Assembly: GCF_037042905.1 (NCBI RefSeq) | Contig: NC_087251.1 | Location: forward strand, 24,678,001 to 24,742,000 | DNA: 64,000 nt | From: Lytechinus pictus | Lineage: Eukaryota | Direction: 5' to 3' | Part shown: positions 11,826-24,076 of the stretch, one piece after another | Layout: each line of letters starts with the position of its first letter | How positions within the stretch are numbered: position 1 is the first letter of the stretch | Translations under genes and position numbers: made by a program | Notes under the pieces: model-generated | Told to the model about the DNA's origin: nothing | What the model saw: the letters and a program-made list of their open reading frames with translations, nothing else | The model's database searches: none

Positions 11826-13855
11826 AGGAAAATGAAAGGATAGATTTATTATCTGGTCATAAGCCGATTACATTTCACTGATTAAATATAAATAACAAGT
11901 GGAATGCCTCTGGCCGTCTCACCTGCATCACGCGATTCAATATAGCAGCAGTGCTGATTTTGAAAACTACTATAACTCGCACAAGATGTTCAGTGATACT
12001 TGGTTACTCTTATTTCCACGTTTTATGAACTAGACCAATACACTTATAGAGATATGATGGCAATTCAACAAATACCCCCAACGTGGCCAAAGTTCTTTGA
12101 CCTTACATGACCTTTGACCTTGATCATGTGACCTGAAACTCGCACAGGATGTTCAGTGATACTTGATTACTATTATGTCCAAGTTTTATGAACTAGACCA
12201 ACACACTTTCAAATTTATGGCTGTAATTCAACAAATACCCCAATTTGGCCAAAGTTCATTGACCCTAAATGACCTTTGACCTTGATCATGTGACCTGAAA
12301 CTTGCACAGGATGTTCAGTATTACTTGATTACTATTATGTCCAAGTTTCATGAATCAGATCCATAAACTTTCAAAGTTATGATGGTAATTCAACAGATAC
12401 CCCCAATTCGGCCAAAGTTCATTGACCCTAAATGACCTTTGACCTTGGTCATGTGACGTGAAACTCATGCAGGATGTTCAGTGATACTTGATTAACCTTA
12501 TGTATAAGTTTCATGAACTAGGTCCATATATTTTCTAAGTTATGATGACATTTCAAAAACTTAACCTTAGGTTAAGATTTTGATGTTGATTCCCCCAACA
12601 TGGTCTAAGTTCATTGACCCTAAATGACCTTTGACCTTGGTCATGTGACATGAAACTCAGGCAGGATGTTCAGTAATACTTGATTAAACCTTATGGCCAA
12701 GTTTCATGAACTAGGTCCATATACTTTCTAAGTTATGCTGTCATTTCAAAAACTTAACCTCAGGTTAAGATTTGGTGTTGACGCCGCCGTCGGAAAAGCG
12801 GCGCCTATAGTCTCACTCTGCTATGCAGGTGAGACAAAAATGAGGCAGAACGGTTTCCTATTTCCCATGATATGCCAAGTCAAAGTTATCAATATTTTGA
12901 TATTCGAAAGACCCGTGGAGGTCGCCATTTTGCTTATACTCCCTATATCTCTGTGGGGGGGTTGTGACGTCAGCGACGGACAACTCGGTGTCCGATCCCG
13001 GCGCGCGCCTGTGATTGCTAGCGGAAAATCGGTCAGAAAAGGGCACAAAATGCAGCTTTTACCGAACTCCCGATCCGCAGAAGAAGCCAGAAATCTCTAA
13101 GAATGAGTGGCTGCACTAAAGGTGGAGAAATACAACAAGCCTTCCTCCAAATTCACGAGGAATGATGTTGTTTGTAGCGAGCATTTTACCAATTTTTTCG
13201 GCCGAGTATTGGGGCTTGAAGTCGAAGGCTCTCGGGCCTTTTAAGTTCTATTTCAATACAAACGTCCGCGATAAGTTTTGTTTTACTTAAAATTGACGGT
13301 AACAAATAATAAACAACGTTAGACATATTGAAATATAGCACAATCAACAATTTCACGATATTCAAACGGGATAGACAACCAAACTTCCAACAAAACACGA
13401 TCACTCGGTTCAGGGGCCGGCCGTCCGTACAAATTTGCCAATTTGGATATCGTAAATAATTGTGTAAACATTTTCATCAAAACTCATCAATATGTGTTTT
13501 TAAACCATAAAATAATTTTAATTTTAATATTTTCAAGTGTTTCATGTGTATATTTTATTTATTTCTGGTAAAAGAAGTATCTATATTCTGCAAACTTGGG
13601 GGTGGTTTCAGCCTGTGTATAACTGCACATGGAAGTACTACCGAGAGCAGTTGTTCGTCGCTGACATCACAATTTTGAACAAACCCCATAACAATGGCGA
13701 TCTCCATTCAGAGACTTCGAACCTGAAGAAGCCTAACTTTGAAGAGGTGGTACTCCATACTGGGAAATCGGATTTGGGTATAAGTGGATTCATCTTGATT
13801 ATCATGTACTTATCAATGATATTATGTGGTATTAAATGTTGGGTTTCATTCTCCT
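11826..13855. mobile_element. Kolobok-type non-autonomous element hosting a nested HINE
   Basis: TTAA at 11822-11825 and 13856-13859; TIRs aggaaaatgaaa / tttcattctcct; internal IR gtgacgtcagcgacggacaact / agttgttcgtcgctgacatcac. Confidence 0.7.
11894..12840 (-). mobile_element. Helentron-associated non-autonomous element (HINE/DINE-1-like) with internal ~163-bp tandem repeats
   Basis: Sub-TIRs gtctcacctgcat (11916-11928) and atgcaggtgagac (12823-12835); short IR gtctcac at 12810; T-run at the minus-strand 5' end and cttgtt at the 3' end; gacctttgacc units marked at 11985, 12148, 12310, 12473 and 12665. Confidence 0.75.
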
Positions 13856-14551
13856 TTAAATGAAGAGCTTCGCCAGCAAGCAATGGTTTGCCGAACATTT
13901 GTATCATACAAAACTATCAAGGATTAAGAGTGGCTGTATTACAGACATGTGTGTAAACTTGATGCCATTACAAGTGTTTGGGTTCCAGTGGATTGGGACA
14001 GGTCACCTAAACATTACAATCATGGTCTTTACAAACCATCTGGGTGCTGTAATCCTCAAAGATGATATAGATTTCTTTCAGCTTGGTCTACTCAATGATA
14101 ATAAAATAAAGGAAAAAAAAAGAAAGTTCACTCAGAGTACCACAGTGATTGAGTTAAACACAATTAGTACTCACACTCACAGCCATCACAGGTGCTCTGA
14201 GGTGAATCTCTACATCTCCAAACCCCATTTCCTGGAATTCCAATTAAATTCAGATGAACTCTTACTTGAATATACTACAACTTTCTCCATATGCCGTTGG
14301 AAACGTGGTGCTGTAAATCAATCAAAATCCTTTCATGCCACCAAATCGGTTTTCTTTCTTCCAAAAGTCATCAAGAACATGCACCCAGATAACACTCTTC
14401 AAGGGCACACTCTAACAATCCCTACACTGTGAGCCTCCATGGTAGAGCAGTCTATCAGGGTCAGCAGCTTCCACAAAACCTTCAGATGTCACCTGAAAAA
14501 GTTCCTTCCTGTTCCATGACAAGCTCTGCCTAGAGAGCACTCAGAACGTGA

Positions 14552-14749
14552 CTATGAGTAGAGTATATCATAGTGGCCTGGTCTATACAGGAGCATGACT
14601 TGAGGTGTACAGCCATCTGGAAAGTCGTGGCAGTTGACCTTGCCCCCTTCGCCTCTGTCAAGGTATGCTACCCTAATGCCCACCTCTAGTGCATTGGTCA
14701 AAGCAATGATGTGGATGTGGTCACTCTCTTTGGACATCGGCTCGACTTC
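14552..14749 (-). CDS. OTUB1: OTUB1-like exon 7 with the catalytic His (EVEPMSKESDHIHI...LLYRPGHYDILYS*)
   Basis: Acceptor ttttcatacag; TAG stop at 14554-14552; OTUB1-type YRPGHYDILY terminus. Confidence 0.95.
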   Translation of the reverse strand, partial: EVEPMSKESDHIHIIALTNALEVGIRVAYLDRGEGGKVNCHDFPDGCTPQVMLLYRPGHYDILYS

Positions 14750-14830
14750 CTGTATGAAAAAAAAGGAATTAACTATAAGCTCTGTATACAAGAATCACTA
14801 CAATTTTGTTGAATAATTAATTAATGTTAA

Positions 14831-14853
14831 TACTACTGCTGCTGCTACTAATA

Positions 14854-14894
<41 letters not shown>

Positions 14895-14904
14895 ACTGCT
14901 ACTG

Positions 14905-14949
<45 letters not shown>

Positions 14950-15041
14950 TGTCTACTACTACTACGTCTACTATGTCTACTAATACTACTACTACTACTA
15001 TGTCTACTACTACTACTACTACTACTACAACTAATACTACT
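14831..15041. repeat. Compound (CTG)n/(CTA)n microsatellite in OTUB1 intron 6
   Basis: Directly visible trinucleotide runs; source of the poly-L/S/V ORF artefacts. Confidence 0.95.
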
Positions 15042-15830
15042 GGACATAATAGGACAAGCCTGTACATTATAATGTACAGGATAAAACTGTAAGCAAAAAG
15101 ATTTGCCAACTTTCAGGATGGACATCTCATTTATCACTGAGAAGAAGCACAGTGCTTACTAGCACATTCTTAATCACATAAATAATTCACCTGCAAACTA
15201 GTCCATTCCCAAATACATATTAACATCTGTAACATGTGTCATAAAATCTATACATAGGATGTGGCAGCACAGTCACTAATCAGATTCTGCTAAGTTCTAT
15301 GGCTGAACTAAGAAGTTGGTCAGTATGTTTGTTGGTATTGGTCTGAATTGAGGATGGATCTAGCAATAAATTACCAAGACCCTATCGTTATAACTTTAGG
15401 AATGATGTAAAAAGTATAAGGGGAAACATGCATCCACGGCTGGAATGGCTATATCACTACCTTTTCTCCAACTGAAATTAACATTTGCTAGCCCAACCTT
15501 GTACAAATAATTTCCTATCATACTATCTCAAAGCCTGTTATATTTGGATATTATTGCCTCAAGTCATATTCTGAAGACTGGATTATCGCAGCATTTTTGT
15601 ATCTTCAGTATAGATGAAGATAACATCTTAATTCTGAAAATGGACCTATTCCAATCTCCTATCTTTCCTATCACCTCGGCAGTCATTTACAATATCTTGA
15701 CCTATGTGGAATACAATATGTGGGCCATGATGCCTTGAAGTTAAAAATAAGTGGCTATCTCACTCAGATTCATCTTCGTTAAGAATGGAAAAGATGTCCA
15801 TAGGGAAAAGACCATAATCACAACTATAAT

Positions 15831-16092
15831 ACTAATAATAATAATAGGCATTTATATAGCGCCATCTATCTAGAAATATTCTATTCCGAGGCGCGATGTT
15901 ATCATTATTATTACCCCGGCTTTAGCTCGAGCTGCCTTTCAACGCTCATGCATTCAAGGAATTAATCCTGCCGGGTACCCATTCATCTCACCTGGGTTGA
16001 GTGCAGCACAATGTGAATAAATTTCTTGCTGAAGGAAATTACGCCATGGCTGTTTCAAAGTCTGAAGACTAATCCACTGGGCCACAACGCTC
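15831..16092 (-). mobile_element. tRNA-derived SINE with a conserved central core and (TTA)n tail; B-box region apparently deleted
   Basis: Minus-strand head gagcgttgtggcccagtggattag (A-box-like); core ccgggtacccattc..cacctgggttgag..ttcttgctgaagga (plus strand); minus-strand tail ggcgctatataaatgcc(tta)n. Confidence 0.7.
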
Positions 16093-16189
16093 TAATTAAA
16101 AAAAGCACTACTTCCAAGAATTACATAACATATCATTCTTCCAATCAATTTTAAAGAAAGGTAAACTCAGAAGTAAAGATATGCTCTAC

Positions 16190-16384
16190 CTGGCTACAGA
16201 ATTCCTTCACAGTCCTCCCAGCTTCGATGAAGTCCTTATAGAAGTCCGCTCGCTTCTTGAGTTCTCCTGAAGTGAGAAGTCTAAAGTAAACCACCAGATA
16301 GTCAGATATACCCTGGTCACAGTATGTCTCTATCAGGTTCTCTAGGCTTGGTTTATCTTGGATTGATTGCACTGCTTCCATAAA
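16190..16384 (-). CDS. OTUB1: OTUB1-like exon 6 (FMEAVQ...SDYLVVYFRLLTSG...GRTVKEFCSQ)
   Basis: Acceptor aatag, donor GTAGAG; 195 nt; strong otubain motif SDYLVVYxRLLTSG. Confidence 0.95.
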
Positions 16385-17584
16385 CTATTAAATAATGCAA
16401 AATAAAAGGAGTGACATGAATCAACTGAACATACTTTTTTCATGTAAACTACAACTACTACTACCACCACCACCACCACCACCACCACTACTACCACTAC
16501 TAATACTACTAATACTTCAAGTTTTAATTCACTGCCCTGTAAAATGAGAGAAAATAATGTGAAAAATATTTATATCCCAGCATGAATGGAATGAATGGAC
16601 CACATTAAATAATCATATTCATGAGGAGTGTGTAAGAAGTGTCCATTGAATAATTAATAAGTTTATTAATTTTTTTATAATCATTACAATGGCTACTAAG
16701 CTTGTTTTATACGCAAGTCAACAAGGGATGATAGCGCAACAGTCAAAACACACAAGTACCATCCTAAATGTATTATATGACACCTAGATAGATCCTTGAA
16801 ATGAATATCCATTCAACTCGGCTACACCTCCTTGAATGTATCATTTCATCTTTCACCTCATGAAGTATTCTGTCCATTGCACTCATAAACATTCATTATT
16901 TGTATACTATTGCATGGCCAAGTGATGTCACAGTAATATTGTGCAATACTTTGCACTTGCTAACTGCACCTCTAATCCATTGTGATATTACCTTTAGTTG
17001 GCAGATATGTACTATCAGCAATTTTTCTAACTCATGCATAGGTACAAAAAATGTCCATGAAAGAGAGGCATACATGTAGATTGTAACAATTTCACATGAT
17101 ACAGAATTTCGTACTATTACATTATTTCTACATTTATTTGTTGTTTTTATACAATTATTCAACAAATAAATCTTAAAAGCCCCTTAATGTGATGTGTGTA
17201 TACAGGAAACGAGAAAGAAAACAAATGCATTGTAATTGGATAAGAGTAACCAGATCTTAAATACTTTGCTGAATATGAAGAACTAAAAGGTTGAAAGACA
17301 TTGGTTTCTAAAGCATACTAGGGCTGAATGAATGAATTTTAATAACTGCTAAAGCAAAAACTGTATAAATGGTTACTTTAATTCTGGTTTTAAATTCTAA
17401 AAAAAAATCAAGATTCAGTAATCACCAAAAATATCCATATAAGAGACGGCAATTTATACTCGTGAACAAATCACATAAATCATAAAATTAAAGCATTGGA
17501 ACTTCTCTACCTGGCAAAAAAATTGTAGAAATATCTATTTAAAAATTATGATACATAAGGTATTGTCTGTATTGTGTCACTTAC

Positions 17585-17669
17585 TGTGTCATGAAAGTCC
17601 TCTAATGTAAAGGCAGGAAAACCTAATGATATCAGCTCATCTTTGCTCTTCTTTGCAATGCCAATAAAT
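17585..17669 (-). CDS. OTUB1: OTUB1-like exon 5 (FIGIAKKSKDELISLGFPAFTLEDFHDT)
   Basis: Acceptor taacag, donor GTAAGT; 85 nt; phase consistent; matches KSKEDLVSQGFTEFTIEDFHNT. Confidence 0.95.
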
Positions 17670-18167
17670 CTGTTAGGATCAAATTGAATTGTATTTATTT
17701 AGGATGATCAAAAATATACATATCTGGAAAGCAATAACTGTTTATATTACTATATTCGGATTAAAAAAAAATGTTCGTATGAAACAGAGAGAAAGAGACG
17801 CAAGGTGTGAGGGAGTCAGGGAGGAAAGAAAGATATAGATATAAATTTGTTTTTATTGTGCAACAATAATGTGTGCTCATGTCTAAACACCAATCACATT
17901 CATCTTTTCAGTGAACAGTAGCTAATACATTTCAAAGGATAATTTGATAACGTACATGAACATTCACCAGTATCCTAATCCATTTTATGAAATGGACTTT
18001 GAACATGTATTTTGAAGGTTAAATAGTATCATCATCAGGTTTCTAAAAATCAAATCTTTCAATGCCCAAAAAAAAAAAGAAAAAAAAAACTTTGGATTTT
18101 GGTAACAATTTTATACAAAAAATACTGATTTCTTACTTGGAAATATCAACCTGATTGAGCATCTCAC

Positions 18168-18286
18168 CTGTGTAGCTCCTCTTTGTCTGTCAGAAGAGTT
18201 TCAAAGTAAGCAAATCCAAACGCACGGAAGAAACAGTTCCCATCACCTCTTGTTTTCCTGATAAATCGGTGTTTTGTTAAAAGGTC
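18168..18286 (-). CDS. OTUB1: OTUB1-like exon 4 with the catalytic Cys box (DLLTKHRFIRKTRGDGNCFFRAFGFAYFETLLTDKEELHR)
   Basis: Acceptor tttccctcag, donor GTGAGA; 119 nt; OTU DGNC motif, Cys codon at 18233-18235. Confidence 0.95.
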
Positions 18287-19030
18287 CTGAGGGAAACAAA
18301 AAAGAACCCACTCAATGAGAATGACAACAAAAATGAAAGAAGATCAAAGACTGGTGTCTGAATAGAATTACTACAATAAAATTTCTAATAATAATAATAT
18401 ATAGCATTTACGAGGCGCTAATTGCCTATTCAATAAGTTAAAGACAAAGGGGTTGTATGTACAGTATAACAGTCAACTCAACTTTGGTATCATTTGGTAT
18501 TTGAAGAACAGTTTTATACATCATCTATAAAGTATTATACACTTAGTAACAGCACACACATACTTATGTGACCAAAAAGATTTAATATATTTAATGTGTG
18601 AAGAATAGAAAGAAAAGACAATGACCAGAACTTCCAAAATTGTACACCAAGTTCTATAACAGCATCCAAAACGGATGCCCAAAATGTCTTTGCAATGTGT
18701 GGTCAAAATGTATATAATGAATCTTTATATTCTAAGCTGAACTCTACACCCTTCATCTTAAAGATAGCTTTCTGACTTCACGTGATATTTGAAAATATAG
18801 TCCTATATGCACTTTAAAACTTCTAAATCTGTGTGGAGCAGAACCCCCCCCCCTAACATTTGAAATATTGTCCATCCTCTGAGGGGAGGTGGATGAAATA
18901 CAATAAGACAAGATACAAAAAAAGTTTACGACAAAACCACTTATCTTGGCTCCTTTGAGAATGCTTTTTTTATTACCATGGGTAATAAAAGTGGTTACAT
19001 ATACATACAATTATTACATACAATACTTAC

Positions 19031-19126
19031 TTCTACTTTCTGACAGTAAACAGGATCACTTTTGAATTCATCTGTGAGAACAGAAAGTGGTAGCTTCTCA
19101 CTAATAAGTTGGGTGGACTCTTTTAT
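19031..19126 (-). CDS. OTUB1: OTUB1-like exon 3 (IKESTQLISEKLPLSVLTDEFKSDPVYCQKVE)
   Basis: Acceptor cttccacttag, donor GTAAGT; 96 nt in frame; similar to OTUB1 LVSERLELSVLYKEY...IYQQKIK. Confidence 0.9.
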
Positions 19127-19469
19127 CTAAGTGGAAGAGAAAATATATACAAACACATATTAAATACACACAATAAATGTTTGATTCCTAATATCATACT
19201 TCTGTGATGAATAGAAACTAGATCGATAGTGGACTGTTTGTACTAAAAATAAATGATTAAAAAGTCCATAGAAATTTCTACAATTCAGTAGATCTGATAT
19301 AAGTGGTAAAAGTCTAAGCCATCAAATTTTGATAGCAATTAATTGCCCATGTCAATGTTATATCAAAGATCAAAAAGCTAAATAAAACAAAGAAATAAAC
19401 AGAGAGAATGAATGATATACAATTTATTTGATTCATGGTAAGAAAAAAAAATGTCAATTTGATAAATAC

Positions 19470-19522
19470 CTCTTTCTCAAGTTTATCCTGATGTGCTAAT
19501 ATTGCCTCATCTCTTGCCATGC
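19470..19522 (-). CDS. OTUB1: OTUB1-like exon 2 (G-MARDEAILAHQDKLEKE)
   Basis: Acceptor ttctgtag, donor GTATTT; matches the OTUB1 N-terminal helix YDEAIMAQQDRIQQE. Confidence 0.9.
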
Positions 19523-20316
19523 CTACAGAAAATAAATCACACGTAAATGGATTACCGATTAGACATATTCAACAGGAAGTTGCCTTGAATAATAATCATA
19601 ATCTAAAAAAAAAAAACATTTGAAAAAAAAAATTCACTCTACATCCATCCTACGGTTAGCCTAAAAATTGGTGATTTAGAGCCAACATCGAGTTCCTCAC
19701 ATGTGTAAATAATTCACTGCCGATTTCAAAACATTGCATGCGCGAGGGTCTGAGCTCGTTGATATGATTAAACTTCTTGATTGTTTTATTTTGCCAAATA
19801 AATTGAAGAGAATTGAATTGAAACAAAAACATTTTCATGCGAAAATGATTTAAATTAGTGAGTGATGAAAGGATTTATCTTGGCCAGTTCAAATAGTAGA
19901 ACAGCACTTCATCACATACATACCAAACAAATTTTAATGTAAACACCAATGTGCGCTACCATAAACACACTGAAAGAGACAAGTTCGGGATTTCTTCGAA
20001 CCCCCTGCATAACTTGGATAACGGAAAATAACAAAAAGTTCTGTAATAAAAGTAATTTTTTCATATTTCAACATCATAATGGATCCGAATAGATAGATAT
20101 GATACGTACATAGTTTAATGTAAATGATATAATAGCAATAGTGTTAAGTTTTCAGAGCGATATACCTCATTGCAGCTAATCCAAGTGGATGTCAGGTTCC
20201 TAAACTAGTTTTTATGGTAACGGTTACCGCAAGAATTTGGAAATGTGCAGCAAATCAGGGATTTAAATTTATAGGCGTTTCTTACATGTAGGTACCATTC
20301 TATCGACGTGTTTTGA

Positions 20317-21239
20317 AGGGGAAGTTCATCCTGACAAATGGAATATGGTAAAAATAGCAGAAAAATGAAGTGAAAGTTTACAGAAACCAGATCAAAGATT
20401 AAGAAAGTTATTGGAAGTTTGAGTTTTTGATATGTGACATCATCATACGAGCAGCTGCCCCGTATTTTATGCACCAAAATGTATACTTTTGTAATCAGTT
20501 CATGATTGCTAAAAAAATCTTTCAGGAGCGGATGTGAAGGGATTTGTATGTTGATATACTGAAGGTACAATAAAAACCATTTTAATTTTTTTCTTAAGAA
20601 AATGACATTTCAGTGATATCTTTTATTACACCACATATGGAAAAACTGCTCGCAAATGACGTCACCATTAAAATTAGACCAAAAGCTTCGGTCTCTGTTA
20701 TGTTGGTTGTTCAGCTGAACTCCGTTGGCTTCACTCACCAAATACAGAGACCGAAGTTCTAGCGCGATCTGTACAGGGGACTCAATGGCCATATGTTTAG
20801 GTACTTAAGATCGGATAAAACGGGGAAGTGAATTTGCGCGACAGCCGAGGTAAGTCACTGTTTTTGTTCCTTTTAACTTGATTTTCTCCGTTTTTGGGCA
20901 ATTAATGCCAAGAGGGAATATTGATTTGCATTTTGGTCGCGTTAATTTTCAAAATTTTTATTCATTAAAGACAAAAATTGAAGAGCCCCGACGGGGGGAT
21001 TTCGCATTGCAAGTCCCCTAATGGTGGCTGCACGCTAGCGAGCCGTCTGTGTACGAGGAGAATAAAAATAAAAAAAATGTTAAAAAACTCCTCGAAACAG
21101 ACGGCTGCCAGCTGTCTACATTAAAATATAAAATTCTAATAGCTTTTTTTAATCTTTGGATTCCCTAAAACCCTCACCAATATCATTTCAATAATTTTCT
21201 ATTTATACAATAAACTTAATGTCAGGGTAAATTTCCTCT
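20317..21239. mobile_element. Kolobok-type MITE in OTUB1 intron 1
   Basis: Termini aggggaagttcatcctgaca / tgtcagggtaaatttcctct; TTGA and TTAA flanks; termini shared with 31480-32186. Confidence 0.7.
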
Positions 21240-21531
21240 TTAATGTATTATAACAATATAAGTACAATATTTGGGATCCAAAGTGTGCTGAAAATTAGAA
21301 GAGCGATTTGACATGAGAAGGCCGTGCATGTAATTCAGGAAAAAAAAAGAAATACTAATTCAAGTGTTATCAATTTGATGCAGAAGATCTAAAGTATGAT
21401 TTAAAAATGTCACCCTTTCCATTTATAGTCCGACATTATAATTCTTATTTTCTTCTCAGAACCTTTCTTATTTAATCTACTACATGGAGGGACTTTGGGA
21501 TTTTTTTGGCATGGGATGGGGGTTTGAGACT

Positions 21532-21692
21532 GGCCATTTATACCTCCGTCATTTTTACCTCTGCCATTTTACTTTTACCATTTTTACCTCTGCCATTTTT
21601 ACCTTTGCCATTTTTACCTTTGTCATTTTTACCTTTGCCATTTTTACTTCTGCCATTTTTACCTCTGCCATTTTTGCCTTTGCCATTTTTAC
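21532..21692. repeat. 15-bp minisatellite (gccatttttacctyt), about 11 copies
   Basis: Directly visible tandem units. Confidence 0.9.
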
Positions 21693-22015
21693 ACCGAACT
21701 GGTGTAGCGTTGTGTAGTGAAGCCTGCATGAACATCACTTGAGGTAACATGTAGCATACTATACTAACCTCCATGACCTCATACTACTACTAGTGTGAGT
21801 GGGAGTAGCTTAGATCTAGTCTACTCGGAGTCTACTATGTCGACTGCGTGTATAAGAAATCACACGGGCCTGAGTGGACGGTCGGAACTCCAGTCCAGAG
21901 AGTCCAGTCCAATCAACTCAGTGAGTCAGTCAAATGAGAAAATTTCACCTTATCCTATACATCACATTTTATCTCCTAAGTTTTGACAAAACAATTCAAT
22001 CGACAGAAGACGTAC

Positions 22016-22079
22016 CTGTGAGTTGTTCAATTTCTTGATCTACAGGCAAAGATGAAGGATTTCCTTCTTTATTCGCCAT
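22016..22079 (-). CDS. OTUB1: OTUB1-like deubiquitinase exon 1 (MANKEGNPSSLPVDQEIEQLT+G)
   Basis: ATG at 22079 in agaATGG context; 64 nt; donor G/GTACG; phase 1 matches exon 2; total protein 269 aa. Confidence 0.75.
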
Positions 22080-22594
22080 TCTTTTGGCAGAAAATCGAAG
22101 TGTTTCTGTATTACGTGAAGAAACAAAATGATTATGACGGAGGGTGGCGTGTAGATAACAAATCGATAAGAAAAATCAGATCAAAGCAAAGCAACAAAGA
22201 CATTTTTTAATGAGTTTCAAGGGGGGGGGGGGGGGTGGGGGGCATGTTAGCCGGCAGAAATATTCAGCCGTTTTTTTTTCTCAAAACTTATTTTTTTCAT
22301 CTTGATTTGGTATATTTTCTGTATACTCAACGTGATACTAAAGGAATTGGAGTCACATAGCCCCCCCCCCCCCCCCAATTTTAGAAATATAAAGACGTTT
22401 AAAAAAGCAAGTACCGGTACCGGTAAATCCATTTCCATAAAAAAAAACAATGACACAGATTTCTCATTTACTAAGAATAAGTAAGAAACTCATTGCATGA
22501 GTTGCTTCATTTTGTCACTGATCGGCAGTATAATTGATCTTCTATATATCTATATATGTTTTCAGATATCTTGGGATTACCAAGCTATAGATTT

Positions 22595-22782
22595 AATGAT
22601 AATAATAATAACAATAATAATAATAATAATGATAATAATAATAATAATAATAATAATAATTTAAATAATAATAACAATAATAATAATAATAAAAACAACA
22701 ACAATATTAATAATAATAATGATAATAATAATAATAACAATAATAATAATAATAAAGAAGAAGAGTAGTAATAATAATAATG
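22595..22782. repeat. (AAT)n microsatellite upstream of OTUB1
   Basis: Directly visible. Confidence 0.95.
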
Positions 22783-23954
22783 ATACTAGCTAACTTACCA
22801 ATCTGCAGCACTGCTCAAAATTCTGCTGCGGAGCAGGGGCAGCGGAACGTATTTTCGTTGTGGGGGGGGGGGGGGGGAGTCAAAGCAAAAAAGGGCACTT
22901 ATATGGCAAAAGGGGTATTTTGGAGCAATCGGATATTTTCAACATATATCTGCGTAAAGTGTTGTGTGTTTTGTACGTAGTAATTACGTTGAGCAAAGCC
23001 TTTTTGAAGTGATTTCTGATGATAAGATATACATTTAGGCTTTAGAGCGGTTTGGAATATTTTCAAAATCTAAAGTTCTGAAATTCGCTGTTTGGTCAAT
23101 TATGGCGCTAATTACTGTTAAATAAAGGGGCATCATTGTGAGCGCGAATCGTGAGCTCAAACATTTTGACATGTAATAAGACGTGAAACTTAAACATTCC
23201 GAAAAGTTTTTGTTATCATGAAGAAGCTGAAATTTTAAATTTTACTGACCTGATAAGGAATGCACTTAGTGACTGATAAATATTATAAGAGCGCGAGCTG
23301 AAAATTTGTTATATTTCAACCTGTAAACTGGACATTCTAAGTACTTTCTGCAACCATCAAGAACAGAATGACTGGGTTGCGAATGCGAAAGGCGAGCCAA
23401 GAAATTGTGACATTCCAACCTGAAAAACTGGACATTCTAAGCACTTTTTGTAACCAAGAACAGAAAGAGAATCTTACTAAACAATAACTGATGCGAGCCA
23501 ATTTTTTTTGTGATTTTCAACCCGCGCTTCTCACTCACATAATCTTTATTGGTCTTATGTGATACATAATCTTGTCTGTGAAAATAAAAGTATTTTTTTC
23601 CTCTTCAGTTTGTTGTAGGACTTACCACCTCTAACCCCCTTTAGCAGCCCACCGGGGATTCCCCCCTCCCCTCTATTGGAAGTGCTGGATCCGCCCTCTT
23701 CATTATAGGCCTACATGACTTGATGTGTGGGTGTTGACGCACTGGACGAGTGATGAGGAGGGGGGGGGGGTGTTCGTTCGAGGGAACGTGTATGGATGCA
23801 TGAGGGCGACTGGGGAGGGTGGTGCGTGTGTGTGTGGGGCAGGGGCGTCGATCCATTTTTCAGATTGGGGGGGGGGGGGGCAAAATCATGAATCAACGTT
23901 CCACAGGCGCTCGACCACACAAAACAAACAAACTCACCCACTCACCCAAACATA

Positions 23955-23989
<35 letters not shown>

Positions 23990-24076
23990 TGCGTCCCAGA
24001 AAAAACGAAACCGAGATTAAGCGATGATTTATCATAACTTAATCACATTAATCACAAATGCAATAGACAAATTACC

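Noticed and set aside
12735..13404. ORFs within the Kolobok/HINE composite (possible THAP/transposase)
   Set aside because: No THAP C2CH or DDE motif seen, and the first ORFs cross TE junctions.
13860..14432. 190-aa plus-strand ORF
   Set aside because: No recognisable motif, antisense to the likely OTUB1 3' UTR, and its ATG abuts a TE TSD; probably chance.
14798..15137. Poly-V/S/L ORFs
   Set aside because: Translations of the trinucleotide microsatellite.
21484..21774. Repetitive FTFAI/LPF/GKN ORFs
   Set aside because: Translations of the 15-bp minisatellite.
22556..22768. Poly-Asn ORF
   Set aside because: (AAT)n microsatellite.
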